DNA of 62,824 bases, filler included, from Choristocarpus tenellus KU-1152 (lineage: Eukaryota > Protista > Phaeophyceae), in assembly GCA_964200185.2 (NCBI GenBank). It is 8 parts of 8 records of this genome, joined end to end, with 100 filler letters (N's around TTAATTAATTAA, not from the genome) between each part and the next. Parts side by side here need not be neighbours in the genome. Positions count along the whole stretch, not along the records: positions 1 to 4,655 come from CAXNAD020013611.1; positions 4,756 to 16,021 come from CAXNAD020002416.1; 6 more parts are not named here. The stretch is one strand, 5' to 3'. Positions 1 to 13,616 of this stretch are shown piece by piece. The position numbers were made by a program, and so were the translations under genes. The notes under the pieces are model-generated. The model was not told the origin of the DNA and ran no database searches. It worked only from the letters and a program-made list of their open reading frames with translations. Positions within the stretch are counted from its first letter, which is position 1. Each line of letters begins with the position of its first letter.

Positions 1-1696
1 CCGTCACAAATCCCCCCCCCCCCAAGAGACTTTGACCCACCATGAGTTTCAAGTTCTTTATTTTGCCTTGAGCATTAAGTCTGAACCCAAGTGATAACTT
101 CAACTTGGCTTTATTTCGTAACCCACTTCGCGGCACTACTTGAGGAGAGAGACCAAACTAAGTTTTCGAGTCCTTCAACTGACCTCAGAAGGGTGGAGGC
201 TCTTACTACGATCACACCAGCTCCCTTGCTATCTATGGGTAGTATTAAAGGTGTACCCTACTTCTCTCTGGTTATATAAGAGTAGAGAGCGTTCTCGTGA
301 GTTAGTATCATTTTGGAGTTAAAGATTAAAAATATCGTGAGCCTAGTGGTAGTCCAATTGGGGGCGCGACAACTGAACCCTACCGAGTCAAACAGAAAAC
401 TATCCCCAATGTTAGCGATCCCTGCACCTTGGCGCCTAGAAAACACGCGGTAAGAACGAAAAATGTTTCTTCATCTCTCTTGACAAAAGGGATTGCTCAA
501 TCTCACTTGAGGTCATGTCGTTAAGAATTTGTTTGCTCTCAAATACTATTCTCATTGTTTTGTTGCACCGAACACATGTGTGTTACCACCTAACACGTGT
601 GTGTAGCATATACACACAGAAGACAAGAATATAAAACCCAAGTTGCCACATGATCGAACATGTCATATAGGTCATCTTTTCCAACCCACTTTTTGGCACC
701 TGACAGTTTTAGTACTTGGTACCATGGCTACACAAACGTAGCGCTGTATTCTTGGACCAAAAGCAGTGATGACACCTTGTTCCATGGTGGGTAAGAAAAG
801 TGGGCATCTACCTGGCTGAAAGCTAAACACCCTGCCTTACCTATGTGACTGTTACAAAAAAGTAATCTCATCTCATTATCCCCATTGGCTCTTGATGGTG
901 GATTCCTACAACACTCCCCAGCAGTAAACTAAACTAGAGGTGGGGTCTAGTGCCTGCCTTGCCCTCACCCTTTTTTACTCATCTAAAAAACACAAATTGC
1001 TTGCCTTCGAGTCAGGTTCAACCAAGCGGAGTCTTTGAGAGAAACACAAACTAGAGCTAAACACGGAACTCTTACTGTAATATTTCAGTGGAAGAGAAAT
1101 ACAAAGGAACTCTTCTCCTCTTCTCGTGCCTCTTTTGGGACCATTTTGTGTGCGCTTCTGAGGGAATATACAAGAGAAAATATATCCCCATTCGAGGTAC
1201 GAAACACTTGCAAAACGTAACGCCCAAATAACGTGCACATGTATTGTCCGTGTGCACATCACATGAAAAGGAACAGAGAAAACATCAGAACGAGGGAGGG
1301 GGTTTTTTCCGTCTCTTTTAAGATTTAAAAAAAAAATACCTCTCCTGTTGTTCCGAACTCTACTTTATCAACCACAGACTCGCCACACAAAATTTACAAC
1401 CAATTTGACATTTCATAGTTGAGAAGGCAAATCGAAAACATGCAACAACTTCAAGACTCAAAAGGGAAGGGCATTCACTCCCCAGAGAGATCTTTCTATG
1501 GAAGAGAAGACTTTGTTGGGTTCCCATCTGCATATTGCATCATAATTGTCTGAACAGAACAATGACAACAATGATATCATCGCTGTACTTGTAGTATGTA
1601 CGCCACCATGACCAGCAAAAAGACATGTGATTGGTTGCCCCACCCACAGGGAGCACAGTGGAAAATGTGCCGAGCTGAAGGCATTATCGTTTACGT

Positions 1697-4312
1697 TTAG
1701 AGAAGGGTGGTCTGCAGGTGGTAATTAGAACAGGAAGAGAGGAGGGGGGGGCAGGCAGAAGGAGTGATGAACTGAGTAAGTACAAAAAAAAGAATCTGAG
1801 GTACACACACTAGGCATATGTTACAATTCTACGACTTCCTATTTACCCACCATTACACTTGACAAAAAAAAAACACTATATGCTATTCCATTGTTTAATG
1901 TATGAGAATGGCATCAATCGTACCCTTACTCTCCCTTCTCCCCCCCCGAAAAAGAGCTCCCACCATTGGAATCACTCACCTCAACAATCTTCCCTGTCAC
2001 CACGTAGGGGTCCATGTTGGAGGAAGGGCGGCGGTCCTCGAAGTATCCCTTCTGCTCCGCCTCAGCAGATCGCGGGATGCGAACAGAAGCCCCACGGTTA
2101 GCTACACCATAGGAGAACTTTGAGATCGAGGCAGTCTCGTGATGGCCCGTAAGACGACGCTCGTTGCCCTGCAGGAGACAGGAGGAGAAAGGACATGGCA
2201 CTTTCATTGGAGGAAAGAGTCGTAAAGAGTCCTTACATACAGCCCTTAAGGAATTGCGGGATGTGTATACAGATAAAATGTATTTTGAGTTCACAAAGTA
2301 GGGGCGTGAAATCTGCTTTCATTCGTGGGAAACGAAGTGGTCTTAAGTACCTCGCCGTAGGCTGCAATGTGCTCGTCGTGCTTCAGGGCCATCTTCTCGA
2401 TGGCATCGATGATGGCCTTGTACCCACCCTAGGGAAGGAAGTGAGTAACAAAAGAAGGGTTGAGGGATCGATTGAGAACTTACAAGTGAATCTCTCGCAG
2501 TTGGTGTCATCTTTTCAAGACCCTCTGGAATCGAGAGATTCACCAAAAAAGGAAGACAGAAGGGATTTAGGTTCATCTCCGCAGCTTTCGATTGATATAA
2601 GAGTACAGAATATACTAAGTGAAGAAACTTGACTCGAACCTATACCAAGTCTTCTCCACTCCAAACAGATTCGCGTACCACTCCTTGTAAATTAGTTGTG
2701 GTTCAGGAATTACCTCTTCACGCATCTCCTTAGTGGAGTAGTTGGTGTGGCAACCAGCACCGTTCCAGTCACCAGGGATGGGCTTGGGGTCCAGCGATAC
2801 AACCACGCCAAACTGTTCACACACCCGGTAAAGAAGGTAGCGAGAGATCCACAGCTCATCGCCAGAGCTGATGCCTACACAGGGGCCCACCTGGCGGAAG
2901 TGATCGGAAGGTGGGCAGTATTGGCAGTATTCGGGGAAAGAGCGTGATCAGGCGAATAGAGGTAGGGGGTGGAAAGGTATACCTACAGCACGAAAATACA
3001 ATGTATATTGCAGTATTCAACACAGCAAGTTGCTTCGCTACGATCTTGAAGAAAAAGTAGTTCGTTAGCATAACTTGAAACTACCATCTGGTTCATACTA
3101 TTATATTGCTCAATACAACGTCGCAGACTCTATACTGCCACCTGCTCCATTGCTACGAAGGAAATAGGAGGGTTCGAGGGACGCTGCTGTATACCTGGTA
3201 CTCCCACTGGCCAGGCATGACCTCCCCGTTGGTACCGGAGATGGTGACGCCAGCATGGAGGCAGGCCTTGTAGTGAGCATCCATGATGTGGCGACCAAAG
3301 GAGTTCTCGAATCCAATCGAGCAGTAGTACGGACCCTGTTGTTCGAGGGAAGGGCTGGGCAGTCTTAGAAAAAGGCAATCGGGAACGATTATCTTCGAAT
3401 GCTTCATAGTCGATTGCCGTGCATTGCAGGCAATACCGGACAAGTTCACAGAAATATTGCTTCGATAAAAGCAAGCGACTTACTAAGCACCTGAGGGCCG
3501 GGGTATCCGTTCTTGGGCCAGCCAAAGGGCGTGGTACCGTCAGCCTCGAACAGGGTGTATTCCTGTTCGATACCGAACCAGGGAACCGTGTCCTTCACCT
3601 GTACGGAAGTGGCAAACGGACAGAGTCAGTCATGTTTAATGTCGCTTAGTCTGGATGTTGCGCAATACCCAAATGTCACAGATGCTGCACTGGTTCGCGT
3701 GGACATGCGCTCAGAAGAGCACGACTGATGATGCCCAATTGCAAACGGACTACACTCAGAAAGAGTATTACAAGGCTGACATTCTAAGACTGGAGTGAGA
3801 GTTTGTATACCAACCTTCTCCATCTTCTCAGCGCAGGCCCAGCGGGTGTTATTGTCGATGGGGGTGCCATCAGGCTTGTAGCAGTCGCACATGACCAAGA
3901 TATTGTCACCCCCACGGAAGGGGTCGGCATATATTGACTGGGGCTTTAGGATCACCTCTGAGTCCTCACCCGGGGCCTGTCCTGTGGAGGAGCCATCGAA
4001 GTTCCAGTCGGGGCTGGCAAGTGGAAGTGCGTGATCGTAGCTGGTGTTAGGTGGAATGGAAATTGATATGTATCATACACGAGCCACACGCTCTCCCTAC
4101 AGTGAACCAGGGGTACCAATCAATGTAACAGCAACTCACAGGTCAGCCAGTGATTCGGGCTTCTTGTTGAGAGTACGGGCCTTGCAGCGGATATCCTGAC
4201 CTGACCCGCCGATCCAGATGTATTCGGCAACGATCTTTCCCCTTTGATCCAAGTTCATGAACGTGGCCAGCACCTCATCCGACAACATGGTGTGGGTGTT
4301 GAAAGAGGACAT
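1697..4312 (-). CDS. Glutamine synthetase type II, complete, 8 exons, 359 aa, probably cytosolic
   Basis: Exons (minus strand) 4140-4312, 3815-4013, 3491-3598, 3195-3335, 2714-2890, 2351-2428, 1980-2168 and 1697-1711 are all GT-AG and splice in frame (1080 nt). GSII motifs: [89 protein letters not shown]. No obvious N-terminal targeting extension. Confidence 0.96.
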
Positions 4313-4587
4313 GGTACAACGTTGGTGGTTTGATAGGTCAAACGCAGGGACTGACGTCGAGGAGGGTAGTGTATGAAAGGGGGGATGGAGGGGATTGGCT
4401 TCAACTGGATGCCAGATGCACTTTCCATGCAATGTCGACAAACAATCTGACATTAAATATAGTATTTTTATTCCACGACTAGATACTTCCGATTTCACCC
4501 AATCAAGAATATAATCAAAACTGTAATTACGTCTATTATTTCATTTTTACCATTATATCGTGAGTTCCATGTACTCTAACGTACCAT

Positions 4588-4655
4588 ATTTTTATTATTA
4601 TGCCCTGTGACACTTTGCAGATGTGTCAGGGGGAAAACCAATGAAAACTATATAT
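4588..4655. mobile_element. Partial copy of the long-TIR repeat family, cut by the contig end
   Basis: TTATTATTATGCCCTGTGACACTTTGCAGATGTGTCAGGGGGAAAACCAATGAAAACTATA matches the reverse complement of 36210-36275 and, directly, 39470-39535. Confidence 0.7.
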
Positions 4656-4755
4656 NNNNNNNNNNNNNNNNNNNNNNNNNNNNNNNNNNNNNNNNNNNNT
4701 TAATTAATTAANNNNNNNNNNNNNNNNNNNNNNNNNNNNNNNNNNNNNNNNNNNN
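4656..4755. other. Artificial contig spacer N44-TTAATTAATTAA-N44
   Basis: Identical 100-nt spacers with stop codons in all six frames at 4656-4755, 16022-16121, 23110-23209, 27524-27623, 35330-35429, 41710-41809 and 59688-59787. Confidence 0.97.
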
Positions 4756-7360
4756 CCTTATAATCCCCTGCATTCCTTCCCCCTTCCCAAGTGTGAGCCT
4801 TTTCCTTCCCTTTTCCCTTGCCCCTCCCTCGCTCTACACTAGCCCCCCCCTCCCCTCCCCCTATTATGATTACCCTGCTCTGTTTGCTGCGACCTTGTCC
4901 TTCAACACCCTGCCTCCCACTACAACTAGAACCACTCTCAGAGGAGTTTCTACTTGGAGGAGGCAGGATACAGGGCAAAAATATCGCATAAGCTTGTGAA
5001 TCGTTGATTAAGTTTTGTGGGAATGATGTGGAGTGAGGGATGGGGGGAGAGGGGAGTTTGCTGTAACAAAGTGAGTTGCAGCACAATTCCGGGAGCATTA
5101 AGTGGAACATGAACAGAGACATTAAGGGTTTGAGGCAGCTACTAGCATTGGTGCATGAGCAGTCAAAAGTACATGTAGTCTCTCTGTCCAGAACAAAAAA
5201 TACGGCACAGCACAAATAGAGTAGGTGTGAAGTACTAGAACAAAGACATGTTGTACTACCCCTGTGTCATTGTACAGTACCTCTATACATGCCCCACACG
5301 CAGCAGTAGTATGATCGTACAACGGTTTGTAACAGACGGGCTGTTACATCGCTCAGAAATGCTTCTCTAGAGTAGCTATTCCTAACTATGCAGTCACATT
5401 AACTCCAACCCTAATCATAATGCCTGATGAGATTCAATCCAAGATACAGTAGCACTGGACAATTGTGGGCAGAGGGGGACAGAGAAGGAGGGAGCAGGCA
5501 CACAGGTGCCTTATACCATAGCAGCAATTCAAAATGCTCGCCCTTGCTGTACATTTGCCCTTGCCTGGTACAAGGTATGGTGTTCTACAACAACAGAAAA
5601 GCACTCAGGCTACCATACAACTGATGACTTCAAAAATATACTGTGTGTGATTAAATTAACCTCAACATACTAACCCCAGCCCTAACCCTAACCTAATACA
5701 TCACCCACAGAGAAATAGTAGAAATAGTTAGCTCTGACATCTCACATCACACAAACACATCAAACTAGAGCACCATTTGAGTGATAGGTAACTCTACCGT
5801 TGGAAAACTACAACCAGTTGTACTCACTTAACAAAAAAAGACTTCCCTTTTTTTTATCCAGAGGCCTAATCCTAGCCCCCAACCATAGCCCCCAACCCCA
5901 ACACCAAATCACAACAATACATGACAAAAAATGCGCCTCAATTAAACCCACAACACGAACAAAACAACTGACCAGAAAATTGCCTCCTCCATGGATACAC
6001 AGAAAAAAATAAATAAATGCATATTTAACACTTTCCTCGACCCCCCCACCTTCGAGAGGCTCGATCCTGCAGCTTCTTTGCCAGGATCTTGCTCTCCGAA
6101 TCCCTATCTAGGCAGGCATTCACATGTTCATCCACCTCCTCCATCGGAAATGACTCTCCACACAAAGGACATAGTCCACGGCCCTCTCCTGCTCCCCCTT
6201 CCCCCCTGCCCCCGCTCCTACCGCCACTTCCACTTTCACCCCCTTTGCCACTACCGCTCTGTGGCCATGAGTCTGATGCTTTGGATGAGTTAAATGTTTC
6301 CCACACCTCCTTATCCTCCTCCAAGGTTTTCTCATCTATACCTACTGACATCAAAATCACCTTGGGGTGGGGTAGGGCCAGGGGGAAGAACAAAAAAAAG
6401 GTTATCTGTAGCTTCATGGAGAAGTGTTAGGGTTAGGATTGGAGTTCACGTTATCAATATGAGAGGATTGAAGTGGTTCTTCTTCAAGATGACAAAGGCA
6501 ACGATTAAAGAGATGGAGGAATTCACAACCAGCATTTGGTCATGAATGGAAAGGAGAGAGGGCCTGTCACACTCAAAAAGTGAGATCTCTGGCATACTGA
6601 TAGGGCAGAGGTAAAAAGGCTACAGATATCATGCTAAGAGTTGGATGCTAGACCTAGGGTTCAAGAAAAACATGATTTTGCTTTTTCATTAAGGGACCAC
6701 AAAAGCAATACATATTTTCAAGTCTCCAAAATATCTCTCCTTGTGCAATGTATGCAAGATTCTTGTGTTGCAGTAGACATATTGCTGCTAAGATTCAAAA
6801 TACGTGTTTCAACTTTGGTGGAGTAAACATATTACGTGCACCACTACTTGGAGTTTTGCATATGGTAGCAACTAGGGATTGAGAGATGAAGGGAGCAACG
6901 TGGGAACGTAGGTGTGTCAGTGGAGGTGACGGGCTGAATTACTGGATAGGACAGATGGCACAAGCCTTGGTATCCCCATGCATAGATGAATTGTGGGTGT
7001 GGTTTTGATTGCATAGGTGGTGTGGCTAGTAGTATATGGCTGTTGTGCGTTGTGCACGTTCTAGTGAGAACGCTTGTGAGTCATGGCCGCAAAAGCTAAA
7101 CGTCAGTACTTGGATCGATTTGCTTGTTTCTCCTGCAGGTAGGTCGATAGAGATTGAACCTTCCACATCAAACTGTTTCCCGAAGCACCTCCATTCCGAA
7201 TCCATTTTAATTACTCACATCCTTCTCCTCCTTATCATCAGATGTATTATCCTCCACGTCCGTGCCCCCTGGACCTTCTACTTCACTTGCACTGCTGCCA
7301 CAGCTTTCGTGGTCATCCATGACTCCCCTTATTGAACTTTGACTCTCCCCAACAGTACCC
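4756..7360 (-). CDS. Partial multi-exon gene with a UBZ4/Rad18-type ubiquitin-binding zinc finger in low-complexity G/S/E-rich sequence
   Basis: Phase-compatible GT-AG exons 7219-7360, 6050-6360 and 4756-4952 (the last runs into the contig end). Motif CPLCGESFPMEEVDEHVNACLD (CxxC-x11-H-x3-C). Possible upstream exon 11479-11673 is phase-compatible but unverified. Confidence 0.6.
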
Positions 7361-8559
7361 CTATTCCAGGTATTACGTGCTAGTGACAGTAAGATCCACT
7401 ATGGAAGACTTAGGAGGTCGTCTTGAATCGTTCTCCCCGACTGATTGGATGGTACAGCCACGCCTCTTAGACTCTAGCTCTGCAGTCAACCTGAAATCTG
7501 TACGTCAGAAAGGACGGCGGGCGTCAGGTCGAGGGGACCGTTGGAGTTGGGGAGGAAACTAGCATGGCAAGTAGGAGAGACTTCGAGATGACGCAACTGC
7601 AGATATGAGTTAAGGTGTCTTCAAATCTTGGGGATAGCATTTGGATGCTCTCTCTTCTTCACTCCTTTAGTCACTCATCCCGTAATATCCAGCAACCAAC
7701 ACTTTAAAATGTAGGGTTCCTCAGTTGTCGAGCTGTCGAAGCATTCTCCACAGGAAGCTCTTCATCACGCATAAGGCGCAACTGCATGTATGAGTGTCGG
7801 TGTATTCGAAACTATTGGATGATATTTGGGTGCTGTCAGTTTCTCCACTCATGTCATGTGACCGACCCCGGAATCTAACAACCGATGCTTTCAAAGCAAG
7901 GGTCCCCAGTCACCAACATGGTCCACTGTTCTCAGCAGAATTAACGATCTCCACCATAGATAGAGAGCAACTGCGCCGATAAGTGTTGGTGAGTCCAAGT
8001 CATAGGATGAGATTTGAATGTTGTTCCTCTCTCCATCCTCTAAGTCAATCCTTACACGACATCCAATCATTGCTTTTAAAGATAACGTAGTCTGGATTCA
8101 TTTTTTCTACGATTGAGTGTAAACAATGCTCTTCGCGATGGATTGAGCGAGCGGGAAATCCACAAAACCCTCAACGAAGGATGACGCAAAGCTACTCCCG
8201 ATCTAGTTCTGGTTCCCAGACCCGTGAGGGTGTCCACCAACAACAATAAAACCCTAACTTACAACAATCATCACCTCGTCGATTCCAACCACCGACATAT
8301 GCAAGGATCCCCAACCCCGGCCTCTCGCATATCGAAGATCTGGACGTCGAACTTCATTTTCACGTTTAAGGCGAAGCAAACAACATACTCATACAGACCG
8401 AACTCATTCAGAACCTGTTATGATTATATTTTGAAACGGATAGGTACTGATTGATTGGTATACAAATATATACTGGTCCAGGCTATACCGGTTTCGCCAA
8501 TCATTCAATTCAGATCGAAAAACTAAGAACCGAGATTGATAAACTGAAGAACCGAACAT

Positions 8560-9860
8560 TGGAAAATATTTTTTGATCCCACAAAACCGAAAACGTCATT
8601 TTCAGGAAGGTGTTGAAAGTTGAAAACGACTGTAAGGGACTCAAACAGGTACAGCGTGTGCCTTACAGGTGTTTCGTGATACCTACTACTACACCAGGAA
8701 GACGGAAAATCTCATCTATCATAGGGACCAACCAAGCTGGTTTCTACCAACATCTAAAAAGGTTTGGATATAGGGAACAAGAGACAGAGTTCCTCCCAAG
8801 ACCTCAAGACGATTCTGGCAGGTTATTGAAAGAACAAGCACCTATCATCGAGCAGTGGAGGAGATACTTAAGAGTGCTCAGTGGCAAATCAGTCAATCTC
8901 AACATTCATAATACCAAAGCCTTCAACTCCAATGACCCATGACCACATGGCTGTCATTGCTGCTCAACACTGCTGCTGATGGAAGTGGCTGAAGCAATCA
9001 GGACAACAATTGGAAATGGGAAGGCCATGAGTTCGAACAATTTTCCAGCTAAGGTCCTGAAGCTTGGCCCAAGGAGGACGAGGCTACCCTCCAAGGTTAA
9101 GATTGTGTTGGTTGTGTTCGATGAAGAGGAACTTGTGCTGCAGGTGAGGTATGGAAAGATGCAGTCACCGCACAGAGTGCTCCACAAGAAGGAGGATCGG
9201 GCAGATTGTGGAAACTAGAGGGACACCTCTTTGATGGCACACAGTGGGTAAGTATTTCTCAAGGTTCTTGGACGATAGGTGGGAGGTTACCTGGAACAAG
9301 AAAACATACTCTGTCCAGTCCATGAGGAGCAACTGTGTTGTTTCCGTTCGTGACACTCAGCGGACAACATGGTGTGGTCAGGGAATTCAATCTGACTATG
9401 TCGGAGTTGAAGACAGAGAACATTTGACCTTCCAATAAGGCTTAGCCATCACGCAAATCTGGATCTGATGAAGGGAAGTCCTTACACCCACATAGACCTT
9501 GATCAACACCCTCACGTATTCCATTTTGAACGGCAGGAAGTAGATTGTAAAATCAGTTTTCTTCAGGACAACGACCTATGCACCACTCTCTAACATGATG
9601 CGAGGGACCTCATCGCAGTGAGAGAACGACTGCAGAAAGAGGGACAAAGAATGCCAAACTGCTAATAATAAACTTTGGTTACCACAGATACATGGTACAA
9701 CCAAGTCAAATATCCCTGAAGAATAATCATCTACCATGTGTTTGGCATTGGATCAAGCAAGGCAAATAACCTCAGATGATATGTCTGCGTAACATTGTTG
9801 TGGCAAAGTGAAGCCATCACACAGGTTGAGGTTATGCGAAATAGAGCGGGTTCTGTACTA
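8560..9860 (+). mobile_element. Degenerate non-LTR retrotransposon (RTE-like LINE) reverse transcriptase remnant
   Basis: Frameshifted RT N-terminal motifs: EVAEAIR..NGKA....PAKVLKLG, WKDA, VLHKKEDRADCGN*RDTSLMAHSG*VFLKVL, GYLEQENIL. Boundaries approximate. Confidence 0.8.
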
Positions 9861-10905
9861 CCATAAATTGTGTATTCGAAATGTTCCCAATATGTCATAA
9901 TGTATATATAGCGACCAATTCTGCACTTCATACATACATACCTACCCACCCACAGGAATTTAGTATGTATTGTTGTCAATCTTCGGGAAGATGGGCGATA
10001 TTCACGCTACCCACAATCAACGGCAAGAACAGACCCGACTTCCAATCCAACCTCGTCCTGCTAACGTATCCCACCCTGGCCAAGACCCTGACCTGGGCCT
10101 AAGCAACTAGAGTCGCCCCTGATTTATATATCGAAAATTATGATCATATTTTGCTGCAAATAACAAAAAAAATGTTACGAGTATTGGGAGTTAATAAGAG
10201 AGTCAAGGCAAACGAAAGTTATCCAGGTTTTGACCATTTTGCATTTTTAGATACTTTTTCGTCGTCTGCAATTCATACATATTTCTATGGATGGAATACT
10301 AAGATTGATTCGAAAACGTTGGTTTCTCTGTTGTTTAGTCATTTTCTACAGAATTCAGAAAATTCCCTACACGAATTTGTACAAAAAGGCAAAATTTGCA
10401 CATATTTGCAGCATCCTCAGAATGGAACCCTGCGTACTTCTCGCTTATTTTAACTCAGAATGGGTGGCGTTCATAGCCAAAGCCTAGGAGGGATAGAAAA
10501 AGAAAGGACACAGTCAAAGGTGTTTGGAAAGAAGGGCTAGGGGTGGGGGGCTCAAGGTAACTCTTGACCAATATTTCCACCCACCAACCCTCTTGATTGC
10601 TCGCGATTGAGTGAGAAGTTGGGTAGGGTGGATGTCTTCTACACTTCAAAAGCACAATTTGGGAGTCGATGGAGGTGGAGTGTTTCGGGTGATTGTGAGG
10701 TGTCATCAATAGAGGCGGAGCGTTTTGGGAGGATTGGTGTGTGAGTGGATACCAGTGGAGCAAATTGGCACAGTGGCCTGTGAATGGAGACCATACACGA
10801 AAATTAGCCACACTTGTTGTGAGTGGGTATCATACGCAAATATTGGCCACATAGTTGGAGTAGTAAGAAGGCGATGTGAAGTTGGCATGGTATGGAGGGA
10901 GTGGT

Positions 10906-11089
10906 GACCCATAGTATCTGGGGGGGGGGGGCGGGGGTCTACACCAGGGTATCCATTTCGGTCATAACCAGGAAAAGTGTAATTACATTATCAATCTGAC
11001 GTATTCAACCAGATCACCCAAAAACCGCGACATGACTAAATTGACCCCAAATGGACAGCCGCCACCCCCCCCTCCAGATACTTTGAGCC
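10906..11089 (+). mobile_element. MITE family B (~180 bp), complete, TSD TGGT
   Basis: Termini GACCCATAGTATCTGGGGG...CCTCCAGATACTTTGAGCC; TGGT on both flanks. Confidence 0.9.
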
Positions 11090-12542
11090 TGGTGTGAGGT
11101 CAGATGATGAGTGGAGTGGATGTGAGGTTAACAGAGTGGAAAATTAATTCATCCAGAATTGGTGAACAAACAAATGGTTTTCCACGCGAATTGGTTGCAA
11201 AAATGTAATATAATTGAATTATGGCTAACATCTGTAAAGAGGATAGAACAGGGAAAAATTGTAAATTAGGTATCAAACAGCGAAAGACCAAGAATATTTT
11301 TTAATAAACTTATTGTGGAAGAACCTTCAAATGAGATTGGTGTCTTCAAATTTTTTCCCCGGGGACTGTCCTGACCAGTACTCAGAGGCACAAAATGCTT
11401 CACTGTTGTTTCTCCTTCCTACTGAATTACTATCACTACTGTTGGGCTACGATTAAATTTTACTCCCTCTGTTCCTACCTTGTTTTTCGCATGTTGGGTG
11501 CAGCACCCCCACTGCTCGTCACTCCATCTTCTCCCTTGAATCTCGTGCTGGACCCAAAATGTTGCTCCTTCGATCTTGCTCCAGTGGTTTTGTGTAATAG
11601 TGACATGCAGGATAGTACAAGTTTACAATCAGTTGTCCTTGCCGCTTGGTATTGTATAATCGAAACAAGATTTCTGTGAAAGAAGTCTGGTGTTAATGAG
11701 CTTCAAACTCTCGAAATTCACAGAGGGAACGAGTTCTCTGAAGGTGATGGTACCTGCAATAGAATCGAGCCATCAATACCTCCCAATTTATAATATAAAT
11801 GCATTATCTATTCGCCTTTTCACTATGGTACCTATGCTGTGATACCCAGGAGAGTACTTGCCCTTACCTAGACTCAATGCTCCTCATGGATCGGATGAGC
11901 ACCCATCCCTGGCGGATATTTGGCTCGGTTTCCGTACGATACACCTAGTGACCGATGTTCGTTAGCAGTCTGTACTCACTGTTTCCAGTAGTATGAGGTT
12001 ACTAGCCATGTGGATCTGTTCGCAGTTGTCCCATCGATAACTACTCTTGCTACCTGCTTCCTGCCATTCAAACTGGACAATATGGGGGTTTGGTTGAGAG
12101 GGTAAGGACCTCCCTTCTTTGGACCTTCCAACATGTGGAAATAATGGTGGTTGGAGGTGTAGGATGCAAGGGGCCAGGGTATGAGTGCGGCCTGCACTCT
12201 CACTTCTGTTGCTGTGTTCGAATCTATAGCTTAGACTATTATGGGGCAAAGGTGCCATTTATTTCTCTCCTAGGTGCCCATCACAACAACACCTCGCGTG
12301 CTTGGTCCCTTTGCCTCCTATTCCAGAAACTTCTCTATTGATTGTTGACAGAACCAAACCCACATCCAGAGTTATACCCACTTAGATGATGAACCTCTTG
12401 TAACCGTGCTCTGGAGTTAATATTATATGAAGTACCTCAGTGTCTCACTTACAGCAACTTTAATGGGCTACTTCCTGCCGACTTTCTATGGGTGGGACAA
12501 GGTACTGTAGGGTGCAATGCTGTGAGTGAGTAACAGGAGTAG

Positions 12543-12820
12543 GAGTGAAAGTATCTTAGAGGGTACGAGTTTTCCCCTGTTTGTCCATTTGATGCTTGAC
12601 TTTCCACGGGTTTTTGGTGACATTTTACCTACTCCAAAGTGTTTAAGAGTAGGTAAAATGTATACATTATGAAAGTGGGTGTCCATTTGGTTCATAACAG
12701 GAAAAGTGCACTTACATTATCCATCCGACGTATGCAACCAAATCACACAAAAATCGCAAGATGAAAAAATTGACCCCAAACAAACGGACAGTCGCCACCC
12801 CCTCCCAGATACTTTGAGTC
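12543..12820. mobile_element. Chimeric MITE: family A left part joined to family B right part
   Basis: 12543-~12680 is family A in reverse orientation (GAGTGAAAGTATCTTAGAGGGTACG...). ~12680-12820 is family B (...CCCAGATACTTTGAGTC). Flanks GTAG and GAGA do not form a TSD. Confidence 0.8.
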
Positions 12821-13579
12821 GAGAGGGAACTCCGTCAGTTAGTGGACACTACACTCCAGTAGCTCCAAACAGGAATGACACAAGGGTGCGTGTGTGCCTG
12901 GGTAAGCCTGTCATGACTGTGTTGTGGGGAAGAGATAGGGTATTATCGAATATGCATTGCGCACAACGCGTGCGTGCGTTACCGCACCATTATTATTTCT
13001 ATTTCGAGCAAATCCTGGATTGGTTGGGATAGTTGTCTGTAGTCTTACACATACAACAATAAAATCTTCACAAGCTGGCCTTCATTACCCTCTTAGTAAT
13101 TTGTCGTTAGACAGCGAGTATTGTTAGATAGCCTGCATCCAAAGAACTGGTTTTCCTCCTCTCCAGCATTGTTGTGGACAAAAGAGAAGGCAGTCCTGCT
13201 AAAACCATGTTTTCCGCAAAGAAACCGCCACAAAATGATACTACTCCTATATATTCCCTTCAATATTATTTTATACTGCCGTAGTATATCATACTATAGA
13301 ATAGTCAGCAACGAAAAAAATCAGAATTTTGATTTATCTTTGTTGTTATATTATACAAATAATCAATAGATTACTGACTGAGGAGAAAAAAAACAGAAAA
13401 CAAAACATGAAGAAAGAATGTTGAAGCGAAGGAGTGACAGTGTGGAAGGCTGTGTGTGTAACGAACTATCTTGTATTACGATGTAGAACATAATTGATAC
13501 GTAAAAAATAATATATATCGACTTACCGAACATAAAGAACAACAAAAACAAGAATGAAATAATCCGCCTCGCTTCATAC

Positions 13580-13581
<2 letters not shown>

Positions 13582-13612
<31 letters not shown>
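13582..13612. repeat. (CA)n microsatellite
   Basis: Uninterrupted CA run. Confidence 0.95.

Positions 13613-13616
<4 letters not shown>

Noticed and set aside
40-460. Possible gag/PBS region of an LTR element
   Set aside because: No recognisable protein motif or paired LTR, and the TGGCGCC match alone is too short.
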